64,000 nt of DNA, taken from NCBI RefSeq assembly GCF_964204645.1, contig NC_134028.1, positions 19,041,653 through 19,105,652 of the forward strand, given 5' to 3'. This document shows, one piece after another, positions 12,277-25,300 of this stretch. The notes under the pieces are model-generated. The model saw only the letters and a program-made list of their open reading frames with translations, had not been told where the DNA came from and did not search any database. The translations under genes and the position numbers were made by a program. Position 1 is the stretch's first letter. Each line of letters begins with the position of its first letter. The DNA is from Tubulanus polymorphus (Eukaryota; Animalia; Nemertea).

Positions 12277-12856
12277 TAGAATGAAAAACATGTTCAAATT
12301 ATAATTAACAACAAGCAATTGTAATTGTATTTGAATTTACATGTACTATCCATGCGCGTTCCAGAGCTGGCAAAAATAGCAGAGGGATGACTGTTTTACA
12401 TGTTTACCTGTTTTTGCTCAAAATATATAATGAAATCTCTTCAAATGTATTAATTTTCTCCATTGTGTATGATGAATAATGTGATTATTTAAAAACAAAC
12501 AAATGGGAACCAGGTTTCAAGTGGCAGTATATTAAATTGATGAAACATAACGCTTCTGGTACAAATGGGACTATATATGGCTATTTTAGCCCAACAATGG
12601 ATAAATGTCCAGTGTACCCATGAGGGGTCCAGGGATTCCATGCCCACTTGAAGAGTGGATTGAAATGCTGGAAAATATGTCAATTTCAATATTCAAAGCC
12701 CCTGACAAACATATACCAAAACCAATGATGACCTTGAAACCCACCAAAAATGTCATGATGCAAATTTGCAATTGATTGTGGTTGCAAAATATCCATTATA
12801 AATAGACAATCTGTATAATATTCAACTCCCCTTGGGGCGAGAAAGAATAACTGGTT

Positions 12857-12986
12857 GGGGAGTGTTCAAATAGTATGTACGGCCAATTTTGCGGTTTTTT
12901 AGACCCCCATGCACTCCCCCTTGTACGATCTTGGTACTTATTTTATTGACCCCCCCCCCTACCGTACGTACATTTTGAAAGACCCA
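12857..12986. mobile_element. Small MITE with imperfect TIRs
   Basis: GGGAGTGTTCAAATAGTATGTACGG versus the reverse complement of CCGTACGTACATTTTGAAAGACCC. Internal GACCCCC tracts. Confidence 0.5.
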
Positions 12987-15419
12987 CTCAACCAACGAAT
13001 CGGCCATAATTGTTGATAATACGTCCCTCCCGTTCTTCTTTTTCACCTAGAATTGAGGACTGTATGATGGCCGCCAATTATGTGACAGCTGACTGATCGA
13101 TAACCCGTCTATGCCAAAGATCTAACCGGTATCCTAAAGTATGCCCATCACAAATTTCAATGAAAAAGTCAAACCATAAAAGGGTGCCCACGGGAAGGCC
13201 AATTTCATTTTCCATACCTTTTCCATAAATTATAAATTTGCGTGCTACATGTGAGTAAATATCTAACCTATTCGACTAGTAACGTGTGTTTCCAAATAAA
13301 TGGGACATTCACTCTTAGTTATTAAAAAAATATCTTCATTTCGTTATAGATATTCATTACCTTTTTGAAAATTCTACAATAATATTTGTTCTGTCCTAAT
13401 TTCAATTACTGTATGAACCAATGATATGCTTTGTAAATATGATGTAATAAAATGAATTTGAATTAAATTCGAATATGAGAATTAAGCATAACTTTTTTCC
13501 ACTTGCTTTACTTGTCTCTCGATTCCAGAGTTTAAATTACAATCAAATCCAAATTGGCTAAAAAGTACACGGACTAAATGAAATGAACTGTAAGTCACTG
13601 CAAACCTTTTCCAGTGTTATGTCGATCGTGTTGAATCATTTTGCTTGACATGAAAGAATCAGATCTTCTATCATATGATGCAACATCGGCCGAAGAGAGT
13701 TCTTGGTGTTGACTGCCCTTAACCATTTGATTTCATGTGTTTGACATTGGAATCTGCATACACCCATTTGAACTGCAAAACATTCATAGAACATGAAAAC
13801 CTATATTGTAAACAATACATGCATACAGTTTTCAAACTTTCACTGATGTTGGATATTTGAATGAACTTTAGGCTTTAATTTCGAATTTTGAATTTCTAAA
13901 GCAGGAAATAATAAGCCCAATCAATAGGCCCTTACTATTCCCATTGTTATAATGCGTACAGCTGTATCGTACACTTAACAGTCAAGGACTTGAAATCGGT
14001 ATACAAGCCGTGGTATACAAGCCATGACCACACGAAGGTTTTGGATCTAGGCTTGAATATAAATGTCAGCAGGTCAGACAAGGCCTTAGCAAAATTTAAT
14101 CGCAAGGCTCAAATCAATTAGCTATTCTGCGTGTGGTATTCTGCGTAAATAGTGCAATAGACTGAATTAGACTTTAGGCTAGTCCTGACCAAATCCTATC
14201 TATGTGATAATGGCACCAGTTATAGTAACATCAGTGTAGGGCCAAAGAGGGAAAAAGTTGTGTTTGTAGTACGTAGGCATGGTAGGCTTATCGTACTCGC
14301 TCAATACTAAAACGCTCGAGTTACCCATACGTGACTGTACAGTGATTTCCACAGGTTTGCTGTATGGGAGTACGTTGACGCTCTGACTTGCAATATTGGG
14401 ATTCGAAACCAAATGAAAAAAATCCAACAGTAGTCCAGTGATTTACCAATTGAGCCACAGAACGCAACTGCAAGGTTGATGGAAGTTAATTTACATATAG
14501 CCTCACCTAACCAAAACCCTATTCTTTCACACATGTGCATACGTTGATTACAGGAACTCATGTAGGGTTAACCTGTGGAGATCGCCGTACAGACATGTAC
14601 GGGTAACAACTTCGTACTTAAAATGGTATTGGCTACTATAATAGGCCCTAGATCTAGATCATCTAGATAGACAAATAAATACCGGTGCAGTAGGCGTACT
14701 TAGTTTCCACACTTCACAAATGAACCAACAGACCAACCGGTATATTTTTGCCCCAGTACGCACCAACCGGCACAGGCCTAACACTTTTTGGCAACTGTGT
14801 GTTCCAGTAGGCTATCGATAATCACCTGATACTTTTCTGTCGTTTCTTTTCTCTCTGAAGCTGAATTGTCTGAATGTGGTCGAACGTTATTCTAGACCCG
14901 CGACTCAGCAACCTTGATTTACAAATTTTATCAAATCAAAAATTATTTATTGACGCCTTTGTTACATGAACAGATCGGCAATATACTTAAATAAAATAAC
15001 CACTATAACAAGAAAACAACAATATAAAAGAGGTAACAACAAACAAATGTTCATAAACCTGTAGGACTCGCGAACGCCGGACCCGTGAAGTCTTGGCTCA
15101 GACCTGATATTCTCGGAGCATTCCTCTTTTGGACGAATTATCGGTACATGCGCATTCAGGTTCAATTCAATTCTTTATTGACAGTAACCTAGTTCCGGTA
15201 ACTAATTTCAAGTTTCAAATAAGATAGACAGTACATTTAGAAAATCTGCTGGTTCAGAGAGACCGTTATTACAGTATCAATGTACACATTTCTTTTAGAA
15301 GCTTTTAATTGCCGAATCTGAATGGAGATGGATTTTATTTGACGAAAATAGGCGGAAAATAAATAATAAATATAGCTGCAAAGCAGCGATAACGGGTTTT
15401 CTGCACAGTCTTAAAATCC

Positions 15420-15660
15420 TGTTCAACAGTGGATTTCAACAAAGCATTTGATAAGGCTCAACATCAGCCATTACTAAAGAGGCTATGAGGAAACTATCAA
15501 TGATAGGTCGCCCAAATGGCTCAGCAGTTATCTCTGAACAGAAACTTGTAACCGAAATCAACGGGACGCCTCATCTTGGAATGAGACGGTCTAACTAGTG
15601 GAGTCACGCAAGGTAGTATCCTAAGTCGTCTTCTGTTTAATGTCCTGGCAAATGACATAC
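15420..15660 (+). pseudogene. Degenerate non-LTR reverse transcriptase fragment
   Basis: DFNKAFDK, WLSSYL and SGVTQGSILSRLLFNVLANDI match LINE RT motifs. A second copy lies at 51089-51310. Confidence 0.7.
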
Positions 15661-15756
15661 ACAGTAATCCAAAATATACCAGACCGAGTAAATTTCCAAA
15701 ACGACCTTAACACACTGTTCGACCAAAAAACTTAATGTTCCGACAAAACCACGGGG

Positions 15757-15962
15757 AATTATGAATTGTCGCGGGTGACAAAACCAAAATATTGAATTGT
15801 CACGGGCGACAAAACCAAAATAATGAATTGTCGCGGGCGTTAAAACCAAAATATTGAATTGTCGCGGCGATAAAACCAAAATAATGAATTGTCGCGGACG
15901 ACAAAAACAAAATATTGAATTGTTGCGTGCGACAAAACCAGAATAATGAATTGTCGCTGGCA
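15757..15962. repeat. 31-bp minisatellite, left block (about 7 units)
   Basis: Unit AAAACCAAAATAATGAATTGTCGCGGGCGAT. Confidence 0.93.
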
Positions 15963-17200
15963 TAACAAAATATGCCTCGTTACCAATTTAATATGGAAAT
16001 ACTAAGTTATTCTTCTATTCAACGCCCCTGGTGACCATATGCAAAACCCAATGACCTTAAAACTCACCACAATCGTAGTACATGTCATGAAATACAACTT
16101 TGCAATTGATCATAGTAACAAAATATGCCTAGGTACCAATCTAATAAGGAAATACTAAGCCATTCTACTATTCAACGCCCCCTGGTGACTATATGGAATA
16201 ATTAATGTCACTCACCACAATCATAGACGATGTCATGATCTACAACTTTGCAATGGATCATGGTAACAAACTATGCCTAGGTACCAATCTAATAAGGAAA
16301 AACTAAGCTTTTCTACTATTCAACGCCCCCTCGTGACTATATGAAATAACTAATGTCCTTAAAAACTCACCACAATCATAGACGATGTCATGAACTACAA
16401 CTTTGCAATTGATCATGGTAACAAAATATGCCTTGGTACAAATATAATATAGCAATACTAAGTTATTGTATTATTCAACGCCCCCTGATGGCCACATACT
16501 AAAACCAATGACCTTGAAACTCACCAAAATCATAGAACACGTTATGGGCTACAACTTTCCAATTGAATATAGTAACACAATATGCTTAGGTATCAATTTA
16601 ATGTGGAAAAACTTTTTCCCACCTACGAATGAGTATTGATGACACCAAAATGGCCGCCAATTGCGTCATAATTGGCTGATCAAAAATACCAGTCCCAGGT
16701 ATAAAACATCCCTCTCTAAAGAATACCCATCAGCAGTTGCAATGAGAAATGGCAAACCAGTAGGAAGCTACAGGACCTAGAATTCTGGCCAAAATTGACA
16801 TTTTTGGGCACTAAAAAGGTCATAGGACGGCCATCTTGAGTCAGATCGACCCAATTTTCTTATGCTGATGGGCCTTTGGTAGATTCAAATATAAACGAAA
16901 GATCAAGGTAATTGATCAAAGCGTCTTCAAAATTTCCCCATGAAAACTTCGAAAATGTTTAAAAAGTGCTGATTTTGGCAAACAACAATGGCTACCAGTT
17001 GGCCATCTTGAATCTGACAGGGCCAGTTTTTGGGCTGACGATGTGTCTAGGGTAGATACATGTATAAACCAAATATCAAGACATTACCTTGAAGCGTCTT
17101 CAAAACTTCCCAAAATAACTGGATTCCGTCTACGGACGGACGGACGGACGAAAAGTGAACACAATAGCCCGCTGGGACTAAAGTCCAAGTGGACTGAAAA
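15963..17200 (-). mobile_element. HINE family 1 copy (3'-truncated) inserted in the minisatellite
   Basis: Reverse complement of the 102-1349 family, including the 154-bp repeats (CGCCCCCTGGTGAC). Confidence 0.88.
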
Positions 17201-18135
17201 AGAATTGTCGCGGGCGACAAAACCAAACTAATGAATTGTCGCGGGTGATAAAACCAAAATATTGAATTGTCGCGGGCGACAAAACCAAACTAATGAATTG
17301 TCGCGGGCGATAAAACCGAACTAATGAATTGTCGCGGGTGATAAAACCAAAATATTGAATTGTCGCGGGCGACAAAACCAAACTAATGAATTGTCGCGGG
17401 CGATAAAACCAAACTAACGAATTGTTGCGGGCGATAAAACAAAAATATTGAATTGTTGCGGGCGATAAAACCAAAATAATGAATTGTCTCGGGCGATAAA
17501 ACCAAAATAATGAATTGTTGCGGGCGACAAAACCAAAATATTGAATTGTCGCGGGCGATAAAACCAAAATAATGAATTGTCGCGGGCGATAAAACCGTAA
17601 TAATGAATTGTCGCGGGCGATAAAACCAAAATAATGAATTTTCTTGGGCGACAAAACCAAAATAATGAATTATCGCGGGCGATAAAACCAAAATATTGAA
17701 TTGTCGCGGGCGATAAAACCAAAATATTGAATTGTCGCGGGTGACAAACCAAAATATTGAATTGTCGCGGGCGACAAAACCAAAATATTGAATTGTCGCG
17801 GGCGACAAAACCAAACTAATGAATTGCTGCGGGCGATAAAACCATAATAATGAATTGTCGCAGGCGATAAAACCAAAATAATGAATTTTCTCAGGCGACA
17901 AAACCAAAATAATGAATTATCGCAGGCGATTAAAACAAAAATATTGAATTGTCGCAGGCGATAAAACCAAAATATTGAATTGTCGCGGGTGACAAAACCA
18001 AAAAAGAAAATTGTCACGGGCGACAAAAACAAAACATAAAACCAAAAAAATGAATTGTCGCGGGCGATAAAACCAAAGTAATGAATTGTCGTGGGTGATA
18101 AAACCAAAATAATGAATTGTCGCGGGCGACAAAAT
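17201..18135. repeat. 31-bp minisatellite, right block (about 30 units)
   Basis: Head-to-tail 31-bp units with no spacers. They produce the artefactual 31-aa periodic ORFs. Confidence 0.95.
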
Positions 18136-18226
18136 CAAAATCATTGTTTTCTCGCGTTATTTTAGTTTTGTCGTAATGTCGCCCTCATTTGCATATTCGT
18201 GTTTTTTTATCTTATCAGCCACCATA

Positions 18227-18673
18227 CTAAAGCTTTAAGGTCGCGTAAAACTCGATAAACACTTCAAGCGACACAGCGAACGATTTCCTTTCCCCCACAG
18301 CGAACGCTTACTCCGAATGTCAAGTGTGACTCCAGCATACGGAAAGGAGTGTGTTATATACTGTATTTAGTAAATACCTTGTGGATTTGACAATGATTGG
18401 TATGTACTGTAGGAAATATAGAGTATTGATGGTATTGATATAGAGGCCCGCGGCCGAATAAAGTAATATATTATTTTATTTTGATACCTCGTCGACATAA
18501 CAGCTTTTCGCCGCTATATCTCTTCGGCGTGTTTACTTTAGGCCTACGACTCCCCGGTACACTCATGATTTATCTTAGTTAATACACGGTTAATTTGGTA
18601 AAGAAAAATAGGTATTGCTAAATTAACTGCTTGACGCCCGCAGCCAAATCACTGGTAGTAATAAATTAATTTG
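18227..18673 (+). repeat. Interspersed repeat segment, duplicated at 52612-53061
   Basis: Near-identical about 445-bp sequence beginning TTAAGGTCGCGTAAAACTCG. Confidence 0.85.
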
Positions 18674-20195
18674 TACTTGATTTGATTCTCAGAATGAGGA
18701 GAAACTCGCAGCTGATTCCCGGAACGACGATGTAGTGACACACGTCGATTGGTCGATGTTTACGGCTCGACAGTGCTTTTAAAATCTAAAGTAGTAAATT
18801 TCCTGTGTATTGGTATTATAATTTGATGAGGAAAATGGGTTATTGTTAAAATTAGTTTTTAAAAACCACGACAGAATGTGCAATCTTTGGGTAATAAATT
18901 TGTTAATTTATGCTTGAATTGATAATCGATGTGACCCAAGAAACGTGCGGTAGATTTCGGAAAGACGACTTAGAAAAACATGTCGGCTCTTTGAATGGGG
19001 CTCAATTTTCGATGTTTACGGCCCGACAGTGCTTTTGTAACGTTGATTCTTCAAAATTCGCACGGAGTATTTGTAGATCGAACTGAGCTGAATGATATCA
19101 GACGGATTGTATCGGCAACAGCGGTAATGTAAAAAAGCCTATGTACTTTTGACAAAAAATGTGTGGAAAAAAAAAAATAATAATAATAATAATAATAAGA
19201 AACACGCGAATCTCAATAGGGTTTTCTGTGATGTAACAGAAAACCCTAATAATAATAATCAACAGAATTACAAGAGGGTTTTCGACAAAAGTCAGAAAAC
19301 CCTAATTTATGTTTTATAAAGCATATAGAGCCATTTCTAAAGACCAGATTAACTTACTACCTGTATCAAGGATTGGTGCATCGTCAGATCTTATTAACAT
19401 TTGAATGTGCATACTTTTTGCTCAAAGATACACACAAATTTATGAGGGGGAAATTAAAATTTTCCCAATACAAAATATTTACTGTACCAACCAAGCATGG
19501 CAGAGAAACACACAGGTTTGTGTCCATAACTGTACTCTGATTGCCACACTTCACGCAAGTTGCTGTAAGAAAAATTTGATGAACAATAATTTTCATAAAA
19601 CAAATGTTTCACATATGAAACTCACAATACAATAATAATTTATGGCAGTGCACTTACTTGTTTGAGACCAATTGGCCTTGAACATTTCTGTAAATGATCT
19701 AAAATTAGATCAGAAGTAATGAACAAAATATACTAACCAGCACTCACTAAAATACTGCATTGGAAATGTAGACAAGACAAATGAAATGTTAGTTAAAAGC
19801 TTACAGATCTTCTGCCTCCAGTTTTCTCGATAGACACGTAAAGTACCCCTTCAGCATCTTGCTTACTGGTCATATTTCCGGTAGTATTTCTATTAATGCA
19901 TACATGAAAAATCTTTCGAACAACTAAAAATAAGCAAGTTCCAATATAGATTGTGACACCGGTGCTTACCATCTACAGCAGTAAACAATGGATAGTTGTC
20001 TCCCTCAAATGCTGTCGCCAGCAAACACCTAAAGCAATTTGAACTCAAGCCTAAAATGAATAGGAAATAAGCATGAAATGATAATTAAATTTCACATTTT
20101 TAGCTACCAAACTAATAGTTTGTATTAACCCTTTCAATACCACATAGTGTCTCCACTGCTGTACCGGAGGGAATTTAGGGGTTTATAGGGTTATA

Positions 20196-22718
20196 AGTGA
20201 ATCAAATGATTAAACTACAGGTTTATATACAACATAAGTTACAAAATTACAAGTGCTAAATTCTAAGCTAATTACAAACCAAGTATTTAATTACAAACTA
20301 ATTATTTGAATACATTTAGGATAAAGGATGAGCCGTTTTGAAATAATTGTTGATTTAAAGAGGGTCGTTGCGCTTTAATAAACAGGGCCTCCCTAATTTT
20401 ACAGTCGAGATCAGATGAACCTTTGTCTAGAATTTTGAATTTGTTGTTACTGAATTCCTGATCACAAGTGTGACAAATTGCGAGATGTTGTCCAATCGCA
20501 GAAGTCTTTGATCTGTGTTCCTTAATCCTGATGGCCAAATGTCGTTTAGTTTTCCCAATATAGGAAGTGTTTATATCACATAAACAATTAAATTTATATA
20601 TGACTTTAGCCTTCAGCGATTTAGGGGTAGCACATTTCAAAGAGAAAAAATTCTTAATTTTGGTCGTAGTGAATGCACATTTCAAGTTGATTTCAAAATT
20701 CCTTTTAAATAGATATTTTAATTTTCGGGCAAATAGGATTGACGGGTTACCAATATACGGTAATGAAATGAATAGATCAATTCCATCTTCAACAGGTTTC
20801 GGTTGAGGTTCTGAGTTCTGTTTTGATTTCAAAAATCTATTAATACATTGATCGATGACATGAATAGGAAATGCATTAGATTTAAACAGATTTTTCAAGA
20901 AATTGACTTCTTCTGAAAAGATGGTCCAATCACTGCAAATATTGTAGGCACGAAAAAGCATGGTATTGATGAGTCCTATTTTCCATTTATACGGACACAT
21001 GGCGTTGAAGTTCAAAAGTAGGCCTGTGTTGGAAGCTTTCCTGTACACTCGAGATATAAAGTCACTACCGGTTTCTAACGGAATTTGTATTTCGGTATCG
21101 AGAAAAGGTAATAGATTAGGACCTTGTTCAAAAGTGAATTTAAGGTTAGAATGGAGGCGATTCAATTCTTCAAAAAATAGTCTATAACTGGATACATTTC
21201 GAAATATGCCGAAAATATCGTCCACGTATCTCAGGTATAGTGTCGGTTTGTAATTAGTTTTGGAGAGGAGCAAGTTTTCAAAATGGGCAAGACAAAAGTT
21301 CGCTAAGGTTGGGCCTAAGGGGCTGCCCTTGCTTGAAAATACGATCATTGTACATAAACAAACCCGAAGTTGCGATTTTAAGTAATTCTTTGAATGTAGC
21401 CTGATCATATGTAGGTTTAGAGTCGGAAGCATATATATAATCGGAAACTATATCAATGGTTTCTTTCAATGGAACATTAGTGAAAAGTGACTCTACATCA
21501 AAACTTATTAGAATATCAGAAGGTTTAAAAACGAATTGTTTCAGTTTTTTAAGGAACTCCCAAGTGCTATTTAACATGAATTTAGACGGTATATGTGGTT
21601 TAATGATTTTATCGAGATATTTGGCCAGGTTATATTCAGCAGTGTCGATCATTGATACAACGGGTCGAAATGGAAAGTTATCTTTATGCACTTTGCACAA
21701 ACCATATAATTTACCAGGTTGGCTACCGCTTGGGTAGATAGAATCAAATATTTCTGAACTTACATACTGTTTCACATGTTTTCTCAGAAATCCGCAGATT
21801 TTGGTTTCATTAGATATGACAGGGTGATTCTTTCTCACATTTTTGATTTCAGTAAATTTACTTTTATCAAATACAATTTTATCTAATTTATCGAAATATT
21901 CGTTAGAGTCCAAAATAACAATGCCGTTGCCTTTGTCAAATGAGCAGATCTTAATGTCCTTGTTTTTCCGAAGTTTTTCAATCGTACGGTAGAAACGTCG
22001 GTTCCAGGTCGAGCCACATACTGATTTAGCGCTGTTGATAAATGAGATGGTCGCATGTCTAATACTTTCAAGGAAAGAGTTATTCACATTCGGTTCGCCG
22101 CCAGATATAGTCCTATTTTTGTGGTAAACAGTTTTTTCAATACGTGATTTAAGGTCACGTCACATTTAAGGATTTAAGTCATATATAAATTTAATTGTTT
22201 ATGTGATATAAACACTTCCTATATTGGGAAAACTAAACGACATTTGGCCATCAGGATTAAGGAACACAGATCAAAGACTTCTGCGATTGGACAACATCTC
22301 GCAATTTGTCACACTTGTGATCAGGAATTCAGTAACAACAAATTCAAAATTCTAGACAAAGGTTCATCTGATCTCGACTGTAAAATTAGGGAGGCCCTGT
22401 TTATTAAAGCGCAACGACCCTCTTTAAATCAACAATTATTTCAAAACGGCTCATCCTTTATCCTAAATGTATTCAAATAATTAGTTTGTAATTAAATACT
22501 TGGTTTGTAATTAGCTTAGAATTTAGCACTTGTAATTTTGTAACTTATGTTGTATATAAACCTGTAGTTTAATCATTTGATTCACTTGTATTTCACCTGA
22601 TGAGGGGATATGATCCGAAAACGTTCGTGTTAATAAACTGTATTTACTCATTAGAAAATGAGGTTTTTAATGTTATTGCTTCTATGGTTATTCGGATATT
22701 TGAACTCTCTTCCTAAGA
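20196..22718 (-). mobile_element. Penelope-like retroelement (RT + GIY-YIG), 5'-truncated, with inverted pseudo-LTR
   Basis: ORFs 21278-22087 (LYGLCKVHK, SFDVESLFTNVP) and 20302-21432 (GSPLGPTLAN, YLRYVDDIF, VIYKFNCLC...SYIGKTKRHL...EH). Inverted copy of the 3' end at 22176-22586. 14-bp TSD TTTATAGGGTTATA at 20182-20195 and 22719-22732. Confidence 0.93.
22594..22629 (+). ncRNA. Minimal type I hammerhead ribozyme in the Penelope pLTR
   Basis: CAC-CTGATGA-GGGGATATGATCC-GAAA-ACGT-TC-GTG: conserved core, stem I CAC/GTG, stem II GGAT/ATCC, palindromic mini stem III. AATAAA follows. Confidence 0.8.
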
Positions 22719-25007
22719 TTTATAGGGTTATATTTGAAATTTCATAGGATAGTTACCAAGGTATCTGACACAGAAAATTTATATAGCATGTTGTTGATAA
22801 CTTTTGGGCCAACAATTTAGACATAAATAATTTGGATATAAGTGAACTTGAGGTCAAGGTCACATACTCCAAGATGGCCGCCATGAAAAAAATTCACGAA
22901 AAAGTTTCAGATAAACTGCTCTGTCTCCCAGAAAAATGCACTGATCGATTCAATTCCAACTAAAATTGTATGCCATATATCCTTACTTTATGTAGTAAAA
23001 ATTTCAAAGCAATAGAACAACTAGAAAAATTTATTTTTCCACTAATTTACCAACTTCTCCACCGATATGTCGGAAGGCCGGATGTAAGGGGTTTCATTGG
23101 GGTGTAATTTCAGGCCTCAGAAAATTTGTATCTATGTATTTGACACTGATACATTGTATACCATGGTGTTGATAACCATTGGGCTTACAAATAAGACAAA
23201 TTATTTGAATATATGTGACCTTGAAGATGGACAGTTTCTGGTTCTTCATTATTGTTATTGGTGTCCGTTGCCATGACAACCGTATAAACAGGGTCTAAAA
23301 AAATTGTCACTGATTTCATTTTCATCATCAAAATCATTGCTGGCACTATAAACCTACTGTCTGACTAAGTCACATCATCTGAACTGTTGCTGTCATATTC
23401 GTTGTCACACTCAATTTGTTCACTACCAAATTCCAAGTCACCAGCATCACTGTCAGCATCATATACGAGCTGCTGAACTGTTTCATCCAGCCAAATTGTT
23501 TTTTTCATGGCTGTTGCCATCTTTGATTTTATGCAGATGGCAGCACCGGCTGATACTGATAGATATGCCCTTCTAGAAGGAGGGTTAAGTGATACTGTAT
23601 CACATACGGTACGGGTATGCTAGCTTGTCAATTTGTACCGTATGCCATACGGTAGTGGTATTGTAAGGGTTAATAAACTTACGATTCATCGCATTGTTCC
23701 CTAGCTGAACCCAGGCAGACAATTCAGGCACTGCAAAATGCTGTTCATATAACAGCTTGTTGAATTCAAATTTAGAAGCCTAAACATTGTCAAAAGAAAT
23801 GGACTAGGCCTATTGGATAAAAAAACATTACGTTAGAATCGTATCATATTTGACAGCTTGTAACCAAATCTTATAACAGACACTGTTCTGTTTCTGGCAT
23901 TAACAGTGAATGTAAGTAGAACACTTGTTTATGAATTGAATTGAATAATTAAGATAATATACCAGATTTAACAAAAGTTAGAGTCAGAATGAAAATAGTG
24001 TCGAAGATGAGTGTAATAGCATCCTCCTCAGCTGGGATTTGAACCTAATCGGTTTGTGCTGTGGCTGAGTGTAGCATTGCCATCATTCGGATAGCGCAGT
24101 GCGCAGCGCACTGTTTACTTATTAAGGCGTTGTTACCTCTACTACTTGAGATGCTGATTGTTAGTAAAAGGTGGATGTGCCGTTTTGGAAATAGACATAA
24201 CTTTTTCAAAACATGGTGATCGTTCATGATGGGCCTAAGATCACTAAGTGCTCGGAAAACGCTATTAATCCTTTTAGGTCTCACCGTGCGACCACTTTTT
24301 GAGGCAACCCCCCCTCATCACTCTCTACATGTGAAGTTTCTCAGGCATTCAAGGTCTTCTGTTCTGCCTTTTTGAAATTTTCTAAACACAGTGGACTATA
24401 GTTTGATAACTAGCGTCGTCCTCGGCTACTTTAGCATTCGAGACGTTCAACGTTTTTCTTTTAATTGTGATAATTTGAGTGGAGCCATCGGGTCGCGTCA
24501 CAGTGGTTCTGGAAGATAGCTGAAGCCGGCTTGGAGGCATTTTTACGGATTTCTTCTAGTATCTTCTGAAAGTCGTCGTTCGTAGGCGGGGTCGGGATCA
24601 CTTGACTTCTTGGTGTTTCTTTTGCAGTTTCAGGGGTTCTGAGCGGGTATTTCGTTTTTGCCGGTTATTGGCGATCTCAATCTCTTGCCGGACGGAACTT
24701 TATTTTCTTTCCCTGATTTTCTTTTGGTTGGGTCGACGGTTGGATTTTCCGAACGGCTTAAACATTGTATTTCAGGGGGATCAAACTCGAAATTTTTTGG
24801 CGTCCTTTATGGCAATGAGTTTGACTTTTTCGATAATCGACCTTGCATCTTCGGAATGTCTTTGATCTGTCTTTCGCCCTTGTTGGCGAATCAAATCTCG
24901 GCGCCCATTTTTATAATTACAAAGCTTGCACCTATATTCAAAGCCTTGATGTCTTACTCTGGCATTTCAAATCGTGTGCCTCGAGATTTTTAATTGAAGC
25001 GAAGTCC

Positions 25008-25300
25008 TTTTTAGCCCACTTGGGACTTTAGCCCCAGCGGGCTATTGTGTTCACTTTTCATCTGTCGTCCGTCTGTCCGTTTGTCTGTAGACAGAATCCA
25101 GTTATTTTGGGAAGTTTTGAAGACCCTTCAAGGTAATGTCTTGATATTTGGTTATACATGTATCTTCCCTAGACACATGTTCAGCCCAAAAACTGGCCCG
25201 GTCAGATCCAAGAAGGCCAACCGACAGCCATTGTTGTACGCCAAAATCAGCACTTTTTACACATATTTCAAGTTTTCGATGGAAATTTTAAAGAAATTTT
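25008..25300 (+). mobile_element. HINE family 1, 5' fragment
   Basis: Matches about 102-380. Confidence 0.85.

Larger units (their letters stand above)
15368..19306 (-). mobile_element. Composite non-autonomous Helentron, family 2, with captured/nested cargo
   Basis: 3' end: hairpin GCTGC-AAA-GCAGC (15375-15387) beside subTIR GGGTTTTCTG (15394-15403). Two tandem 5' ends (plus strand CAGAAAACCCTAAT at 19237 and 19293), each with an internal inverted repeat and an (ATT)n microsatellite. Confidence 0.65.
20129..23669 (-). mobile_element. Internally deleted piggyBac hosting a Penelope insertion
   Basis: TTAA|CCCTTTCAATACCAC ... GTGGTATTGTAAGGG|TTAA (1 mismatch). Acidic transposase N-terminal relic MATAMKK...YDADSDAGD at about 23300-23520 (-). 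Confidence 0.82.

Noticed and set aside
17201-18135. CRISPR-like array of about 31-bp repeats
   Set aside because: Units are contiguous with no unique spacers, there are no cas genes and the context is eukaryotic. It is a minisatellite.
17178-18144. Overlapping ORFs with 31-aa periodicity (VLSPATIHYFGF...)
   Set aside because: Translation artefact of the 31-bp repeat lacking stops on the minus strand.
22244-22480. Separate plus-strand GIY-YIG gene
   Set aside because: It is the inverted pseudo-LTR copy of the Penelope 3' end.
24300-25000. Possible LTR-retrotransposon 3' region (purine tract GATGAGGGGGG on the minus strand)
   Set aside because: No recognisable domain, and no clear TG-initiated LTR after the tract.
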